Shown piece after piece: positions 11,681 through 26,282 of a stretch of 64,000 bases of DNA. Made by a program: the position numbers and the translations under genes. The number at the start of each line of letters is the position of its first letter. The stretch's first letter is position 1. The DNA comes from Octopus vulgaris (Eukaryota), in assembly GCA_951406725.2 (NCBI GenBank), contig OX597815.1:59954001-60018000 (forward strand), in the 5' to 3' direction. Below the pieces are notes generated by a model. It did no database searches, was not told the origin of the DNA, and saw nothing but the letters and a program-made list of their open reading frames with translations.

Positions 11681-12734
11681 CAGTGGCGCTATTTAATTTA
11701 AGAACGCTAGTATTCTAATGTTAAAATGGCATTTTTCATATATTCAAGTTGTAAATTGTGAATTAAGATGTATATCAAAAGAAAGAAAAAATTCACGAGC
11801 TTTAATATGGTATACAACTTTAGTGCGTAATACCAACATATTAATTGTAAATTAAAATAAACTTTACGTCGCCACTTAATTTAAGAACGATTTGCAAAAT
11901 TTCAGTTTTTTTTGTCTTATTGACTAATATAAAGGTAAGGTAATTTGCATGCTGTACAATTTTTAAGTTACTTAATAGTTGTGATGGGTAAGAGACAAAA
12001 GTTAACACCAAAAACCAGAGCGAGGACCGTTCAGCTTAGTAGGTTGAAATGGTCATATAAAGCTATTTCAAAACATCATTATACTATGCTTTAAAACATC
12101 CTTCTACAATGCTGTCCATCTTTATAAAGAAACTAATGATTATAAAGACCGCTCTCGACTGGGCAACCAAGAAAAACAACAACAAGAATGGATAGATACA
12201 TTAATAGACTGCCCACCCCCCCAAAAAAAAAACCGCCTGACCTAAATCCCATCGAAATCTTTGGGAATGGTTGGGTAGAGCTGTGCAAAGTAGTATGCCA
12301 GAGAATAAGATTGAGTTTTTTAACATTATTAGCCAAAATTGGGGAAAAATCTCAGGAACAGTGATAAATGATCAGAACAATTCTATGTTTTGCAGTATTA
12401 AATAATTTTGGATACCCAACCAAATACTGATTCTGTGAGTTTATTATTCTTTTTTCGTTGATTTCAGAATAAACTTTTTAAAGCAAAAACAAAAATGAAA
12501 TCTTAGAAATCGTTCCTAAATTAAATAGCGCTATAAATTACGATAATTAAGATTTATTTTTAATTTAAAATTAATGTGTTGACGTTACGCTGTAAAGTTG
12601 TGTACCATATTAAAGCTTGTAAGATTTTCTTTATTTGATATACATCTTAATTCACAATTTACAACTACAATATATAAAAAAAATGCCATTTTAACGTTAG
12701 TATACTAGCTTTCTTAAATTAAATGGCACCACTG
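11681..12734 (+). mobile_element. Internally deleted Tc1-family element with long IR/DR TIRs
   Basis: TA|CAGTGGCGCTATTTAATTTAAGAACGCTAG...CTAGCTTTCTTAAATTAAATGGCACCACTG|TA; residual transposase peptides STGQPRKTT, PDLNPIE and GYPTKY*. Confidence 0.88.
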
Positions 12735-13076
12735 TATTTATGTGTGTATATGTATATTTATAGATGGGCGCGCGCGTATGCGTGTGTATTCTTTTGTGAG
12801 TATTGTGTCCTTAGTGATTTTTTTCATCGAAGAAAGAGATGAATGCCGGATGAGACAAATGGTTAAAATGAAGCAATGGCCAGGAAAGGTGATACATAGA
12901 TAGACTAACAAACTGGCAGTAGACGGAGAAACATGCAAAAGCATGACGGAGAAATAAATAAATGGACAAACAAATAAACAAACACACACACGTACACAAT
13001 CTTTGGGTGAACACATTGGAGAAACAGCGTCAATGATTAATTACTTCAAATTTGTAAGGGAACACTCTACTGTGTA

Positions 13077-14313
13077 CCTGGTGCACCGTAAAGAATTCCC
13101 TATTAATTCTTAGCCAGAACTTCAAGTAAAAGGCATAAAAACACACGAACTCTTTAGGATTTAATTAAATATGGTCATGTAGCATATTAAGATATGTTTC
13201 ATTCACTATGTCTGCCTTTAGCCTTTACAATGGCTCGAAGACGACCGAGAACAGCGTCACACGAACGCCGGACAATTTCTTCACTTAAACGATCCCATGA
13301 CGCAACTAAGGTTTTCTTCTGAGCAGTGATATTTTTGTAGTATACTCTTGAAAAGTCACTTTCTAGAATGAACCAAATATAGATGTCCGTAGAATTGGCG
13401 TCTGGGCTGGAAGGGGCCTCACAGTTTTGTTCCAGAACCCGCAGAAATGGCTCCTGTACCACTGCTGTATCACACTGGTCGTATGAGAAGGATCGCCGTC
13501 TTGCGTGAACACGTAATTATCTCCAAATGCTTCGATCACCGAATTGGCTTTCGTCCCTTCTTTAATGGACACTGGAGGAGATTTTTCACCATCGGATGAC
13601 ACTGCCACCCAAACCATCACTCCGGAGGTTTTCATTCGGTGAAACACCTTACGGGCTGCTCGTGAACAATATCCAACATCGTGGTCAAGATCCCGTCATT
13701 CTGGGTGTTCGCTACAGCCTCCACGGTGAATATATTTACGTCTGACTAGATGAAGACATTGTCACCGGTGCTCTGAAACTTCTCCTCCATTTTCTTGCAC
13801 TTGTCTAGTCATTTTGTTTTGGAAGCGGCCGGAATTGGGTGTCGACGTTGCAATTTTAATAACTTACAACTTAAGTCTTCATGCATGACCCGTTGCCTGG
13901 TTTTCTGGGAGATATCGAGACTTTTAGAAATTTGCTTCATGCTCCGCCGTGAATTTCTCAACACTCTCTTTCGGATGACATTTACCGATTGTTTTATCAT
14001 TACGGATCGTTTTCGACCAGGAATGAGCTTGGTGTCGATTGAACCTGCCTCACTGTTGCGTTTCATGACAGTATAGACTACTTTGGGATCAACACTAACC
14101 TTTGAAGCTACGTCCTGCTTTTTTCAGAGTTTCAATCTCACTTGCTTGTAAGCTGCTATATTGAAACTTTTTACTTATCGAATGTAAACAATGGGATGTA
14201 TATGTACAATTGAATGTCGAGGAGCGCAATTTAATTATTTTTGTGCAATTTCAAACTAAATTTAATACAGTAAACTTATTTAAATAATCTGGAAATCTTT
14301 ACGGCGCACCTTG
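13077..14313 (-). mobile_element. Degenerate maT/DD37D-type mariner-like transposon
   Basis: ~23-bp TIRs (cctggtgcaccgtaaagaattcc / ggaaatctttacggcgcaccttg); peptides PGRKRSV, GVMVWVAVSSDGEKSP, YVFTQDGDPSHT, PSSPDANSTDIYIW, IVKAKGRHSE*. Confidence 0.85.
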
Positions 14314-14949
14314 TTGAAGTAACTCTATTCAAACTCAGCTGAACTGGGAACATCGCAATCCTCCTTACCATAAATCGAAACATCATCATGGACATGCGCC
14401 GAACTGTGCTCTTTGAATTTTGGTATCATCAGTGTAGGTGGGACACTTTCAGTTTGTTACATAGAAGCTGTTGAGACAAGGGATGTTTTCATTGGTTCTT
14501 TCTATAAGATTAAAAAAAGGATCTGTCGATTTAAGTGATGAATGGAGAATATAGGTAATATTCAAAGTCTTGCATTAATACATAAAAAACTGTGAACCGT
14601 TCTTTAAATTTTGTGTAGATGAATACAGGTTGTTACACATGAATGATTGAATTATATTGCAACAAGTACGAGAGTTTCATTAAGACAATGCGCGACTGAA
14701 AATGAAATATTTTAAATTATTACATTTAAGCATTCACGTGATATGATGTTTTTTTTTGCTGTGATTCTGGAAATGTTAACTTACGCTTTATTAATCATTA
14801 TCAAATATATTCCATGAACTCTTTTGTGGAGGACTGGTTGAGTTTAGCTAAATTTTGGCACACTATTTGCAATATTATTTTCTCCATTCACAACAAAGAT
14901 ACATAACACCAAGGAATATATTTGTTATACTAACTATGCAAATTAAATT

Positions 14950-17215
14950 CTCCGTGGGCTAGGAAAGCGAGTCTTCGAGTAGTGCAGGCTGGAGTGGTAA
15001 TTTTCAAGTGGATCTCCAGGCATATATAAATAGAAAGAAAATCTTTCTATTTATATAGTCACAAGCTCACTAAAATCTTTTCTCCACTATTGATTGAGCC
15101 CAACGTTCCGAACACCACTGGTATCACTTTTAGATTACCCTCTCGCATTCTATACATTCTTGCCATTTCCACTTTCAATTCGGAGTACTTGGTGATTTTT
15201 TCAACCTCTTTACTCACAACATTCCTGTCATTTAGTATGGCTACATCAATGATCTGACAGTATTTGTCTCTCTTATTCAATATGACAATATCCAGTCAAC
15301 GGTGTTCGATTACACGATCCGTCTGAAAAATCATAGTTCCAGAGTATTGTTACTTTTCAATCCTCCTGCATAACTTTACTTGATACATACTCATACCAGT
15401 TCTCTGTTACTTCGTATTTACGGCATAAGAGCCAATGAAGATACACACACACACTTTATCGTGGCGGCGCTTGTATTCTTTTTGTGCAAAGCTCTCACAG
15501 CCACTTATCAAGTGGATCTCATTTTCCACACTCTTTCCACAGAGTCTGCATTGCTGGGTACCAGAAGTTTTATAGATGTTATACTTCATTGAATTTGTAA
15601 CGAGAGCCTGGTCTTGTGCAGCAATGATCAGGCTTTCGGTGGTACGCTTCAAATCACCTTGCTCAAGCCATGCCCACGATGCTGTATTATTCTTAACGTC
15701 CTGTGTATTCCTTTCAAACTATCCATACATTCTCATTTCAAGAAGGTCTGCTTTTCTCTTCTAAGCTCATTGGTTAAACCCTCCGTTGCCCATCATTTCA
15801 TCTGCATTTACACCTATATATTTCGTGGCATATTGCAGCAGGTCTTCATCCCTATTTATAAAATACTCGGCAAGAGTTCTCCTTTCACTCCTTATACAAT
15901 GGTCTATACAAATTAGTCCTCTGCCACCATTCTTTCTTTTCATATACAGTCTGTTTACGTTTGCTATTGGGTGTAGCGTTCCACGCAGCCTCATCAACTT
16001 CCTCGTCCTTCTATCCAGTGTTGATATTTCATCCTTAGTCCATTACCGCAACTGTCCAGATATTCATTGCAGTAATAAAATTTTTGGTATTCAAGTTGGA
16101 TTTCAACACCAACTTCACCCTTTTTTGATACGCATCGTTGACCTTGACTTTCATTTCTCTGTGTAGAATGTCATCCAACTCCAAAATCCCTAAATATCTA
16201 TACCCACTACCGTCGGGTTCACCCATGGTCTCTCCTGATGGTAACCGCAATCCTTTGCAAGCTGCTTTCTTCCCTCTTTTCATATTAAGTACTGAGCATA
16301 TGGTAATCCCAAATTCCATACCGATATCCATACCACACTTCTGGACTGTTTTGGTTAAGGAATCTATCTGTTTTTCAGATTTCCTAAACAATTTTAGGTT
16401 ATCAACAAACAGAAGATGGTTCAATGATGGGCCTTCCCACATCGGTAACCCATCTTAACTTTCCGAAGTGTCATTTTCATGGGTATTAGTGCAATTACAA
16501 AATGTAAGGGATACATTACTTGAGTACAATTTGGTTTTCCACTCTTTCATGCTATGCATCAGAAAATTTGTGATGTTGTCAGCAACACCAAATATCTGCA
16601 GGCATTCAACGATCCAAGAATGAGGCATCGTATCATATGCCTTCTTAAAGTCATTCCAGGCTATAAACATGTTTATATGTTTGTATGATGTCTTTTTACA
16701 ATCCCTCAAAACTGAACCTCAGTACTCTGAGAACTCTTCCTACATCCTTTTTGTTCCCTGAGTAGTATTTCTTTCTGTGCCAGAAAAGTGTATGTCTTTG
16801 TCGCATATATTTCAGTAAGTATCTTCCAGATTATGTTTAGACATGCTATGGGACGGTAGCTTCCGGACAATATTCCCTTTCTATCTTTCATTATAAATGT
16901 TTTCCTCCCAGTCACCATCCACACGAGGACTGTACCTTTCTGGATACACTCATTCAATCGGGCTCCTATTCTTTCATGCACCGCGTGGTATCTCTTCAGT
17001 GAGAAGCCATGAATCCCATCTAGTCCTGGGGCTTTCCAGTTAGGCACTTTACCCACTTGTACTTTTACATCACCCATGCTTATGACAATATTCCTTTGTT
17101 TCTTTCCTCCTTGTAATTCTGTCTTGATAGTTCCTGTCCACATTGCATCCCTTTTATGCACCACATTGTTTCCCCATAATCTGCTCCAGAACTCCTTGGC
17201 TTGATTTATATCAAG
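14950..17215 (-). mobile_element. R4/Dong-clade non-LTR retrotransposon (RT, CCHC, restriction-like endonuclease), 5'-truncated and decayed
   Basis: NWKAPGLDGIHGF, YRPIACLNIIWK, EQKGCRK, HLLFVDNLKLF, YRYLGI, RLYMKRKNGGRGLI, ESLIIAAQDQAL, CRLC..HLISGC..YKRRHDKV, IIDVAI..EKITKY. Confidence 0.9.
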
Positions 17216-17694
17216 AGTATTATTATTACTATTATTGTAATTATTATAATTATTACTATTATTATTCGCATTAGTTGGACGTGCGTCGTATCGCCCGTAA
17301 GTTATCTGTTTATTTGTCTTCAAAAGTTGCTAATTATTTAATTTTGTTACAAATCGTTTGATGAAGCCACCCGAGCCTCATAGGAGTGGTTTGTTCGTCT
17401 GTTTGTGCCCATTTGGGGCTCAAATTCGAAAAAGAATAGAGGAGGAAGTCAGAGGTAGCTCTGATAGAGAGTTGCAATACATGTCAGAGTTCTCAAACTT
17501 CAAATGGAAAGGGTGGTTAACCAAGTTCAAAATGCAGAGGACCACATTACCATTATGGTAAGAAACAGCAGCAGGAGCAACAACAACAACAACAACCAAA
17601 GTAACAACACAGTACGAGAATATAATCGACTTCCTCCCGAAAATAGCGTAAATACCAGTCATCAACCAACGGTGACAACGACACTTCCATGAAC

Positions 17695-17849
17695 ACAGCC
17701 ACCACCACCACCACCACCACCACCACAACAACAACAACAACAACAACAACAGCAACGACAACAACAACAATAACAACAACAACAGCAACAACAATAATAA
17801 CAACAACAACAGCAGCAGCAGCAGCAGCAGCAACAACAACAACAACAGT

Positions 17850-17884
<35 letters not shown>

Positions 17885-17900
17885 CGATAACAACAACAAA
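17695..17900. repeat. Compound trinucleotide repeat (ACC)n(AAC)n(AGC)n
   Basis: Directly visible. Confidence 0.95.
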
Positions 17901-18122
17901 TATGACAAAAGGAAGAGACAAAAACAACAGTAACTATTGCAATATAGACGACAACAATAATTTCAACGTGAATGACAACAATAACAACAATACATTCGGA
18001 GTAACAGTTGTATAATATGGATATCTTACAAAAATGCATATGCCTGGCCTAATGGGTCAAACTGATCAAACTCGAAAAATTATGGGCTCACATAGCCATC
18101 CCCTCATCTTGGATGTTGGCAG

Positions 18123-18174
<52 letters not shown>

Positions 18175-19026
18175 CAGTAATATATAAATATGTTTCCATA
18201 ATCACAAAACGGTCGGAGACTGCGAGTCAGACATGTGTAGAAGGAGCGCTGAAAGAAATAATGCCTGACATACAGTAAGTATATCTTGAGGACCATGCAA
18301 TTTTCTGGCATCTCAGTGTTCTTCAAGATTGATGCTCTGACCTTTAACCATTCCGTGATTTCTTGTCGGAGCGATAAATAGGTTCTCCATCTATCATATT
18401 TACGAAAAGACGGTAAGAATGAAGACTACAGAGATTCCAACTGAGCTAAATATATGGTAGCTGTTGTTTTAGAGAGAAGTAACATCCTCCTGTTGGTGAA
18501 GCGAACCCTTCGTGAAAACTGACCTGGGATCAGTGTGGAGGTGCTACTCCACTTCAAACCAGATACTATACACAAGATCTCAGTCCTCATTCGCCTTCTG
18601 GGAGGTGAGGAGCTACGGTCGGCCTAGGTAGAATTCATTGGCAGGGCCAAAGATACTGGAAGCTGAATGTATCTTTCTTGGAGCGTTAAGCTTTCAGAGA
18701 CAGGATTAGCAAGTTAGTCTATTGGAAGCTGTCGAGTGCAATCGTCAACAACCGAAGGTCACGAACATTTATACAACTCATTCGTGTTTAGGAGCAGACA
18801 TTAGGAGAAGTGATGTGTGTGTGTGTTAGTGTAATGTGTGTACGTGCGCACATGTGTGCAAGAGTGTAAGTATAGTGGTGTTATCATTTGTTTGTGCATA
18901 TGTGTGTGTATGTCTGTAGGTTGTTGAGTAATGAGAAAGCATGTATTTTAGGAGTTGAGATCGGATGCAAGAGTGTGAAGGGGAAAACAGACTGGTGAAG
19001 CAAAGAGTAAAATGCGAGGTGTTATG

Positions 19027-19064
<38 letters not shown>

Positions 19065-19314
19065 AGGAAATTAATGTTTTCCTAAAAAATTATGCCTGCT
19101 TTATGAGTATATTATGAAATAATATTATTGGGCAGTGTTTTTTTTTTCTGTGAGACAAGGTTGTTCAATTGGATACGGAAAGCTATGATTGACTGTCTAG
19201 TTTATGCACTTTGTGCTTTGTGTTAGGGTTTTATGGATTTATTTTATGCTCCAGGAATTCGCCAGAACTTTTGCTTTTCAGATTTAAATAATTTCTGTCT
19301 CACATCTGGGTCCA

Positions 19315-19465
19315 AATTTCGAAAACCAAATTTATGAAAGCAAATTTATGAATCCAACGAAACCAAATTTACGAATCCTAATTTATGAATTCAATGAAAC
19401 CAAATTTATGAAATCAAGTTTATGAACCAAATTTATGAAACCAAATTTCTGAATCGAAATTTCTA
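19315..19465. repeat. ~15-bp minisatellite (aaaccaaatttatga)
   Basis: About 9 degenerate tandem units. Confidence 0.85.
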
Positions 19466-19899
19466 AACTGTATATATTTTACTTTTGTAAATATTTTGAC
19501 TGCACCTCTAGTGTAGCATTAATTTATTTGTTCCTATATATGTGTTTGTTTGTAGGTTGTTTGTGGATGCTGACGCTTAATTACTAATATTTAAAAAAAC
19601 TTCATTGTTAGTTCTATAGATTCGGGTTATGGCCACCAAGTCGTAACAGTGTGTGTGTGCAAGCTAGAGAGGGTGTTAGCAAGCCAAAGAGTGGCGGTTA
19701 GGCAGAGATGCCAAGTGGGAGATGGGGAAGAAAGGCGTGATTCACAGCTGTCAGTCGAAATAGGATTGCTGAAGTGTTGAAGAATGTGTGTGACTGAGTG
19801 CACGTGTATATGTGCGTGTATGCGCTTGTATGTGTGTGTGTGTATGTGTGTGTGTGACTCAAATGAATTCAAGTAGGCTTGTGGCCTTATTCCAACTCT

Positions 19900-20970
19900 G
19901 TTCAGTTTCATGTTTTCAGCCATGCCTTGAAAAATACAGACATAAGTATCGGCATTAAATACCGCACTGATGGCTTACTTTTTAATCTCAGGAAACCCCA
20001 AGCAAAATAAAACAAGGTTATGATAGATGCTATAAATGACTTCCTGTTTACTGATGACTGTGTCTTCAACTCTACCTTCGAAGCTGACATGCATCACAAT
20101 GTGTACTAGTTCTCTGAGGCTTGCAAAAATCTTCGGCCTCACACTCAGTACAAAGAAGATGGAAGAAATGTATCAGTCAACTCCTGGAAATCCTCACACT
20201 TAACCCACCATTATCGTCAATGGACAACGACTGTATGCAGTGGATAAGTTTACATACCTTGGGAGCACAATCTCCAGAAATATAGCAAGTGTTGCCTTTG
20301 GCATATCTATAAGAAAATGTGAAGCAGGAGCGGCATCACTATAGAAACAAAGATTAAAGTGTATTGGGCCCTAATTCTCACATCTCTACCCATTGACTGT
20401 AAAACGTGGACAGTCTAACACCATGCTAAAAAATTGACCCACTCCCACATAACCCGCGTTAGGAAACCTCTTGGCATAAAGTGGCGAGACAAATTCTAGA
20501 CACTGAGGTACTTACCTGTGCTATCATCCCAGCATCTACACCATCCTAATACAAGCTCAAGTTCGCTGAGTAGGTCATGTAGTTCACATGGCAGAACACC
20601 AACTCACAAAGAAACTGTTATGTGGCGAACTTCATTCAACAAGGCAAACATTTTCAGAAAGCCAGAAAAAGCTTTAAAAAATTATTTTAAAGCTTCCCCA
20701 AAAGCCTTTAGCGTCAGTCATGTATGTCTACACGGGAGCAGATAGCTTATGGCAGATGCAAGTGGCGAGCAGTTGTTCACATGTGAAACGAAAAGTATAG
20801 CTGTTCATCTGCGAAGCTAACTGGATTGCTGCAGCTGAGCAACTCAGAGAAGCCAGGAGAACCAGCGTCGTCAAATCTCCAACAATTACCATCTCTGCCT
20901 GTCCACACTATAAGAATAATTTTCCATGCGCGCTTGACCTGGATCAGTCAACAAAGCCAAACCCGACGAA
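19900..20970 (+). mobile_element. Decayed RTE/BovB-like LINE 3' part
   Basis: DGLLFNLRK, DFLFTDDC, FGLTLSTKK, VDKFTYLGSTISR; similar to 45770-47185. Confidence 0.8.
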
Positions 20971-22689
20971 TTAACATGTGTGTATGCATGTATAAATGAA
21001 GAGTGGGGGAACAGCCATGAGAATGGGAGTGCGTACATGTGCGCGCGCAAGTAAGTGCGTGTGAGTATGTATGTGTGTCCGCGAATCAAAGAGACAAGAT
21101 GGAGGGCGAATAGAATTATGTGCATGTGTATCTGCATGTGAACAAAGTAGTAGAGTGGTTATGTGTGTCTGCATGCCGATGAGTATGGTTATGTGTGTCA
21201 GCATGTCACTTTGCATGAGCGTGTCGAGACAACATGGAAGATAGATAGAGGTATTTGCGTGGATGTGTGTTTAAGAGAAAGATGAACGAATGAACGTGTG
21301 TGGAAGGGATAATGATAACAAAGGGTGAAATGTGGATTGTGGAGGGTAGCGGCAAAGCTATGACTGGCGGTGCAAAAGGATGCAGGAGTGAAGGTGAAGG
21401 GAATCAAGGGGAAGTGGTGTATAATTCTGGAGCAAGTGGGCGTAAAGTGCAATCTAGAAGTGAGGCGGTGAATTTGAATTAAAAGCTTGTACATTTGGAA
21501 TAAAAAGATGAGTTTTTGTTCACCCAAGAGGTGGGTGATAGTGGATCCGGTGTTAAAGGGTAAAACAAAGATTGAGATGTGTTGGGTGAAGTGATCAGTG
21601 GAGTGAAACTGTCGAGAGCTAGGTGATCCGCTGTCAAGTCAAGAACATTAGAGCGCATATATAAGGTTGTTTGAGGTGCATCGGAAAGAGTTCATAATGA
21701 AGAAGATACAGTGATTTGGTCCAGTGAAGATGGTATATATGTGTGTGTGGATTTAGGTTTACTAAGACGTTCTCTGTTGAACTCACGGGGATCTTATTAC
21801 TCTACACACATACAGGTGCATACACGTGCACACATATACATAAATACACACATACATATACTCGCGTGAATATGTGTGAATGTGTGTGTATGTGTGCATA
21901 TAGATGATAGATAGTCTTTCTCTGACGAAATTCTTAGAAGATTATAAATTAGTTCTATTGGTCCCCTTTGTTTAAGTTTAACAAGATATATTCCTACATG
22001 TGAAATTCACACATGCAAATGCACAAATACACACATCCACACGAACATACGCACGCACTTAATACACACACAACCACACACATTAATAGTATTGACAATG
22101 TTGTCAATGCTGGTGTTGATCACGTTATTGAGATAAAAATAATAAAAGGAAGAAAATTAAAGATTTATCAAAGGATAGGTAAGAAAGTGACTGGAATAGC
22201 GTTGAAGAGTATGGGATAAATATGTAGATGTCTGGAATTGGTAGTTTCAGTAATGGAAGCAATAGCGTTGAATATATCGAGAAATGCCTTCCAGTGATGT
22301 TGATAAATTCTTAAGTTGCATAAATAAACGACTGACAGCACCAATTAAATATTGCACTTGGAACAAAATCAACATTCTTGGAAATATCAACTTTTCAACA
22401 ACCTTGGAACCAAACCTTAAAGATGTCAATGTTATGTTTGGACGTCATCAAAGATATTCATAGAATCTGTACAAATGAAGGGAACTTATTGATAAAAGAG
22501 CGGTCTTTTATTTGTCTTCGATGCTGCACAGAAGAGGAGACTTGTGTCACATTCTGGTCAAATACTAACAGTAAAAATTGACTTAAAAATGACGAATTCT
22601 CAGGTCATTTTCATAATGTATTTCAGAAATATCTTAACAAGTAAACCTTCGTGAAAACCTTCTGAAATAGGATCAAATCAACCTGGAAT

Positions 22690-22865
22690 CAATTAAGACA
22701 ATTAATTAAAGACGTCTAACTAATTAAAGACATCTAGCTAATTAAAAACCACTAATTAAATCACCTAATTAATTAAAGACACTTAAGTAATGATACTCAT
22801 CTAATTAAAGATTTTAACTAATTAAAGGTAGCTAACTAATTAAAAACATCTTAAGAAAGACATCT
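22690..22865. repeat. ~18-bp minisatellite (aattaaagacatctaact)
   Basis: About 9 degenerate tandem units. Confidence 0.8.
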
Positions 22866-23399
22866 CAAAGGTCTTAGAATGGTCGGTGTTTAACTGGTAT
22901 GTATTGTTCCTGGTGAGGGGAAATGGCGTTTCAAATAGGCAAGGAACCGGTCACTCAATACTTTATCCACGTGAAGGTTATGCCTCTTCTAAAATAGTTC
23001 TCAATTTACTTTCACTTATCTTAATAGCTTTTTGACTTCAACGAAAAAAGTATATCTGAATAGTGCTGTTTTGTAGAATTATCCCCGTTGTAAGTCTGTG
23101 TCAGTCTGTTTCCTTTATCACAAACGTTAAACTGAGCATTTAAAACATTTTGGAAGTTTTATAAAAAATATCTCTTTCAGTTAAAATTAAATTCTTTAAT
23201 GTATACAAAACTTAAAAAAATTAAAACTTACATTTATTTAAAACCAAAATTGAATTCTTATTATAATGCAATCAACAATCTTGATAAGAAGAACTTTATT
23301 TATTTATAAGTTTTCCTGAACCTCCACAAATAAAAGTTCTTTGCAATTAAAAGTTCTTGATTTCATCTTTAATGACCTGACAAAAATATCCTGTTGATT

Positions 23400-24150
23400 T
23401 TACTGTGGAAGCTATCTAACCCAAGAAATTACTCGATTTCATAACGTGGGAAAACTATTTTGCTTAATCCGAATGAGTAGAATCTTCATTATGTTCGTAG
23501 CTTACCCTTGTGCTATTCCTCTGTGGCGAGTGCATATTCTACTTAGGAGATACCAACCCACACCAAGAAATTAAACTCAACGTTGAACATCACCTGTCAC
23601 CTGATCTCTGGTTGCATGGAACCCGCCTATGCAAACAACCTGCAGTTTCTTGCTGGCGTTTCCTTTGCGGACACCAGACAGGAAATGACCAGCTGAGTCG
23701 AGATAACAAAGTATTCTAATGATGAACGCCACCTTCTTCATGGGCGTCTACTGTTGGTCCGTCGACTGAAGTCAAGAAGAAAGTTCTTCACCCATGTTCA
23801 GCCTTTAAAAGTATCTCAGGAAGAAACCGAATTCCAACTCTGGACGAAAAAGCTTGAAAACTATCCTCCTCCAATCGACATAGAAAATTTCCCCCAACGA
23901 AAGATCTTCCTTCTGGCCCAGAAGCACTATGAATTCAGTGGAAGACACTCAAACATCTGAGAACGAGTACGGGAAGATCAACAAATGCTTTGGTCAGATG
24001 ACACCTCAAGACTGACCCAACCACCTGTAAATGTGGAGAAGGAGGCCATACTGGAGAACTGCCTTGTCTGCCCTCTTGTACCCAGCTCCTGTAGTTGAAA
24101 ATACCTACAGAGTTTACTAAAAACAAAAAGAACTGATCAAAGAAATGATA
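23400..24150 (+). mobile_element. Possible highly decayed LTR-retrotransposon (Gypsy-like) pol remnant
   Basis: Weak peptide hints only (YSNDERH; KLENYPPPIDIENF resembling AI.N.P.P.D.K.L). Confidence 0.3.
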
Positions 24151-24790
24151 GACTGTCATATAACATTACACTTTGAGCAATCTTGTCAGTTGGGACTCAG
24201 TAAGGCAAGGGTCTTTCTAAAATATCTTTATTATAATATCGAACTATGACAATTTCAAGAAGGATCAAAAACCTTGACCAATCCAAAACTTCTAATCCTT
24301 TATATCACTAATTTTGCTGGATTAAGTGATTTTTCTCTGAATATTTAATTTGGTCTTTCTGAAAAAATTATAGGGTCTATGTCGATGGGAGAGAAAACTT
24401 CGACACATATGTATAGATAACATTTTGGAAGTTACTCAGGAGTTTTTCTGTCGTGAGTTCAAGAAATTCTTTGTGACAGCAATGTTTGATTTCATAAATA
24501 AGCACTACAACAAATTCTGGAATCTTTTTGCGGTGTTCTAACTGCGTATCATTTCCCCATTGTTTATGAACAAATTCTTAACTAATTGACGGTCCTCTTT
24601 TTGCTAAGCGAAGCTAAGTTAGAGATTTGTTCCCGGTCACTTGAAGGCAGCATATTTACGATTGGAACCCTCTTGGTAAATGTTACCAGCTTTTATATCG
24701 AATTTGACGTATAAGGTTCCATATGTAATGCTGAACAAAATGTTCATTTTTTCTCTTCTTTATTTTTTAAATTTATTTTTTATCTTATAA

Positions 24791-25185
24791 CTAGCAGTAT
24801 CGCCCGGCGTTGCTCGGGTTTGTAAGGGAAATAATTATATAAGCATTTTTAGAGATGTAAAGTATAATAGCCATCTCAATATGGCTAACCACAAAGTGGG
24901 AGTGGTGTTACTGTAGCTTTTTACGTTCTGAGATTTAATAATAAATTTTAGAGAGTTACTTCCCTTATATATGTCAAAAATGGATTAAAAATGGGAAAAA
25001 TTGCTGGTAAATTTTTTTTTAAATCGTAGACTCATCGTAGACGCGCGCTAATACCCAGACGGTCTCGATATGAATCACGACTATAAGATACCCGGTTTTG
25101 GTTAAACTGCACCGCAAAATGTGGGAGTAGTTAGGAATCTAAATCGTAGGAGACAGACACACAACCTCACTTTTATATATAAAGA
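24791..25185 (-). mobile_element. Short Helitron (395 bp) forming the 3' module of the composite
   Basis: Own 5' end A|TCTTTATATATAAAAGTGAGG at 25185; 3' hairpin CCCGAGCAACGCCGGG then CTAG. Confidence 0.85.
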
Positions 25186-25248
25186 TTTCCTCTATTTACA
25201 TAATATTGAGGTCTCTTTCTTTCTTTTGTTATCTTACTGTTTTTACCA

Positions 25249-25285
<37 letters not shown>

Positions 25286-25292
25286 TATATAT

Positions 25293-25623
25293 AGTTACAG
25301 AGATGTACTTGCATAGCAAGTGACTTGATCGTGTGACTGAGATCGTGTGCTGGAACGAAAACAGTTGCAGCGTTGAAGGTGTTTATAAGCCATTTAAGAA
25401 ACACACAAAAACCGTTAGATTCACTTCAACATTTAAATTTAATTTGTCAAAATATTTTCGTCGCTTTGAGATCGCGACCTGTTAGCACGATATTTTTGTC
25501 AGTGAACAGGTCGCGGTCTGAAAGCGACGAAAATATTTTGGCAAATTAAATTTAAATGTTGAAGTGAATGTAACGGTTTTTGTGTGTTTCTTAAATGGCT
25601 TACAAACACCTTCCACGTTGCAA
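25293..25623. mobile_element. Fold-back hammerhead element (arms 25365-25483 and 25505-25623)
   Basis: ~120-bp inverted arms; a single-arm relative lies at 44413-44616. Confidence 0.8.
25495..25545 (+). ncRNA. Type-I hammerhead ribozyme with swapped G3:C8 core
   Basis: TTTGTCA GTGAACA G GTCGC-ggtctgaaa-GCGAC GAAA ATAT TT TGGCAAA: 7-bp stem I (one G-U), 5-bp stem II, palindromic stem III. Confidence 0.72.
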
Positions 25624-25645
25624 TATATATATACACACATATATA

Positions 25646-25681
<36 letters not shown>

Positions 25682-25724
25682 TGTATGTATGTATGTGTGT
25701 ATATGTGTATGCATGTATGTGTGT

Positions 25725-25950
25725 GTGTGCGTGTCTGTGCTTGTGATTGTCCTCCACCACTGCTTGACAACGAATGTTGGTTTGTTTACATCCCTGTCAC
25801 CTAGTGGTTTGACAAAGGAAACAGATAGAATAAGTACAATGCTTACAAAAATAAAACTGGAGTTGATTCATTAAACTACAATTCTTCAAGGCATTGCCCC
25901 AGCATGGCCACAGACCAATGGCTGGAAAAAGCAGAAGAATAAAAGAATAC
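25725..25950 (+). mobile_element. SINE 3' half
   Basis: gcttgacaac..gtttacatccc..gatagaataagtac..ccagcatggccacag tail. Confidence 0.75.
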
Positions 25951-26015
25951 ATTCTCTGCTTTGGTCTTATGTTCAAGGCATGAGAAAGCTTGAGTTTACA
26001 TGAGAAGGCCTAACA

Positions 26016-26282
26016 GACCTGGTAGAAACAGCAGCCAAATCTCCCTCAAATCACACCTTACTGTCTTATGTATGTATATATATATATGAGCCAATGAGGG
26101 GGACCTCTACATGGCAGCTAGACCTGGTAGAAATAGCAGCCAAATTTCCCCCAATTCACACCTTACTGTCTTATCTATGTATATATGTATGTATGAGCCT
26201 ATGAGGGAGACCCCTACATGGCAGCTAGACATGGTAGAAATAGCAGCCAAATCTCCCTCAAATCACACCTTACTGTCTTATC
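26016..26282. repeat. ~107-bp tandem repeat, 3 units (last partial)
   Basis: gacctggtagaaatagcagccaaat...cacaccttactgtctta repeated. Confidence 0.9.

Noticed and set aside
17358-17561. Peptide FKWKGWLTKFKMQ resembling a pogo/CENP-B motif
   Set aside because: Too short; no TIRs or further transposase motifs found.
17420-18039. Poly-L/V/C/T ORFs
   Set aside because: Trinucleotide repeat open in several frames; no domain or clear splice context.
18180-18800. Possible L2/CR1 remnant (also RTE-like hints at 39500-39760)
   Set aside because: Peptide similarity too weak to call by eye.
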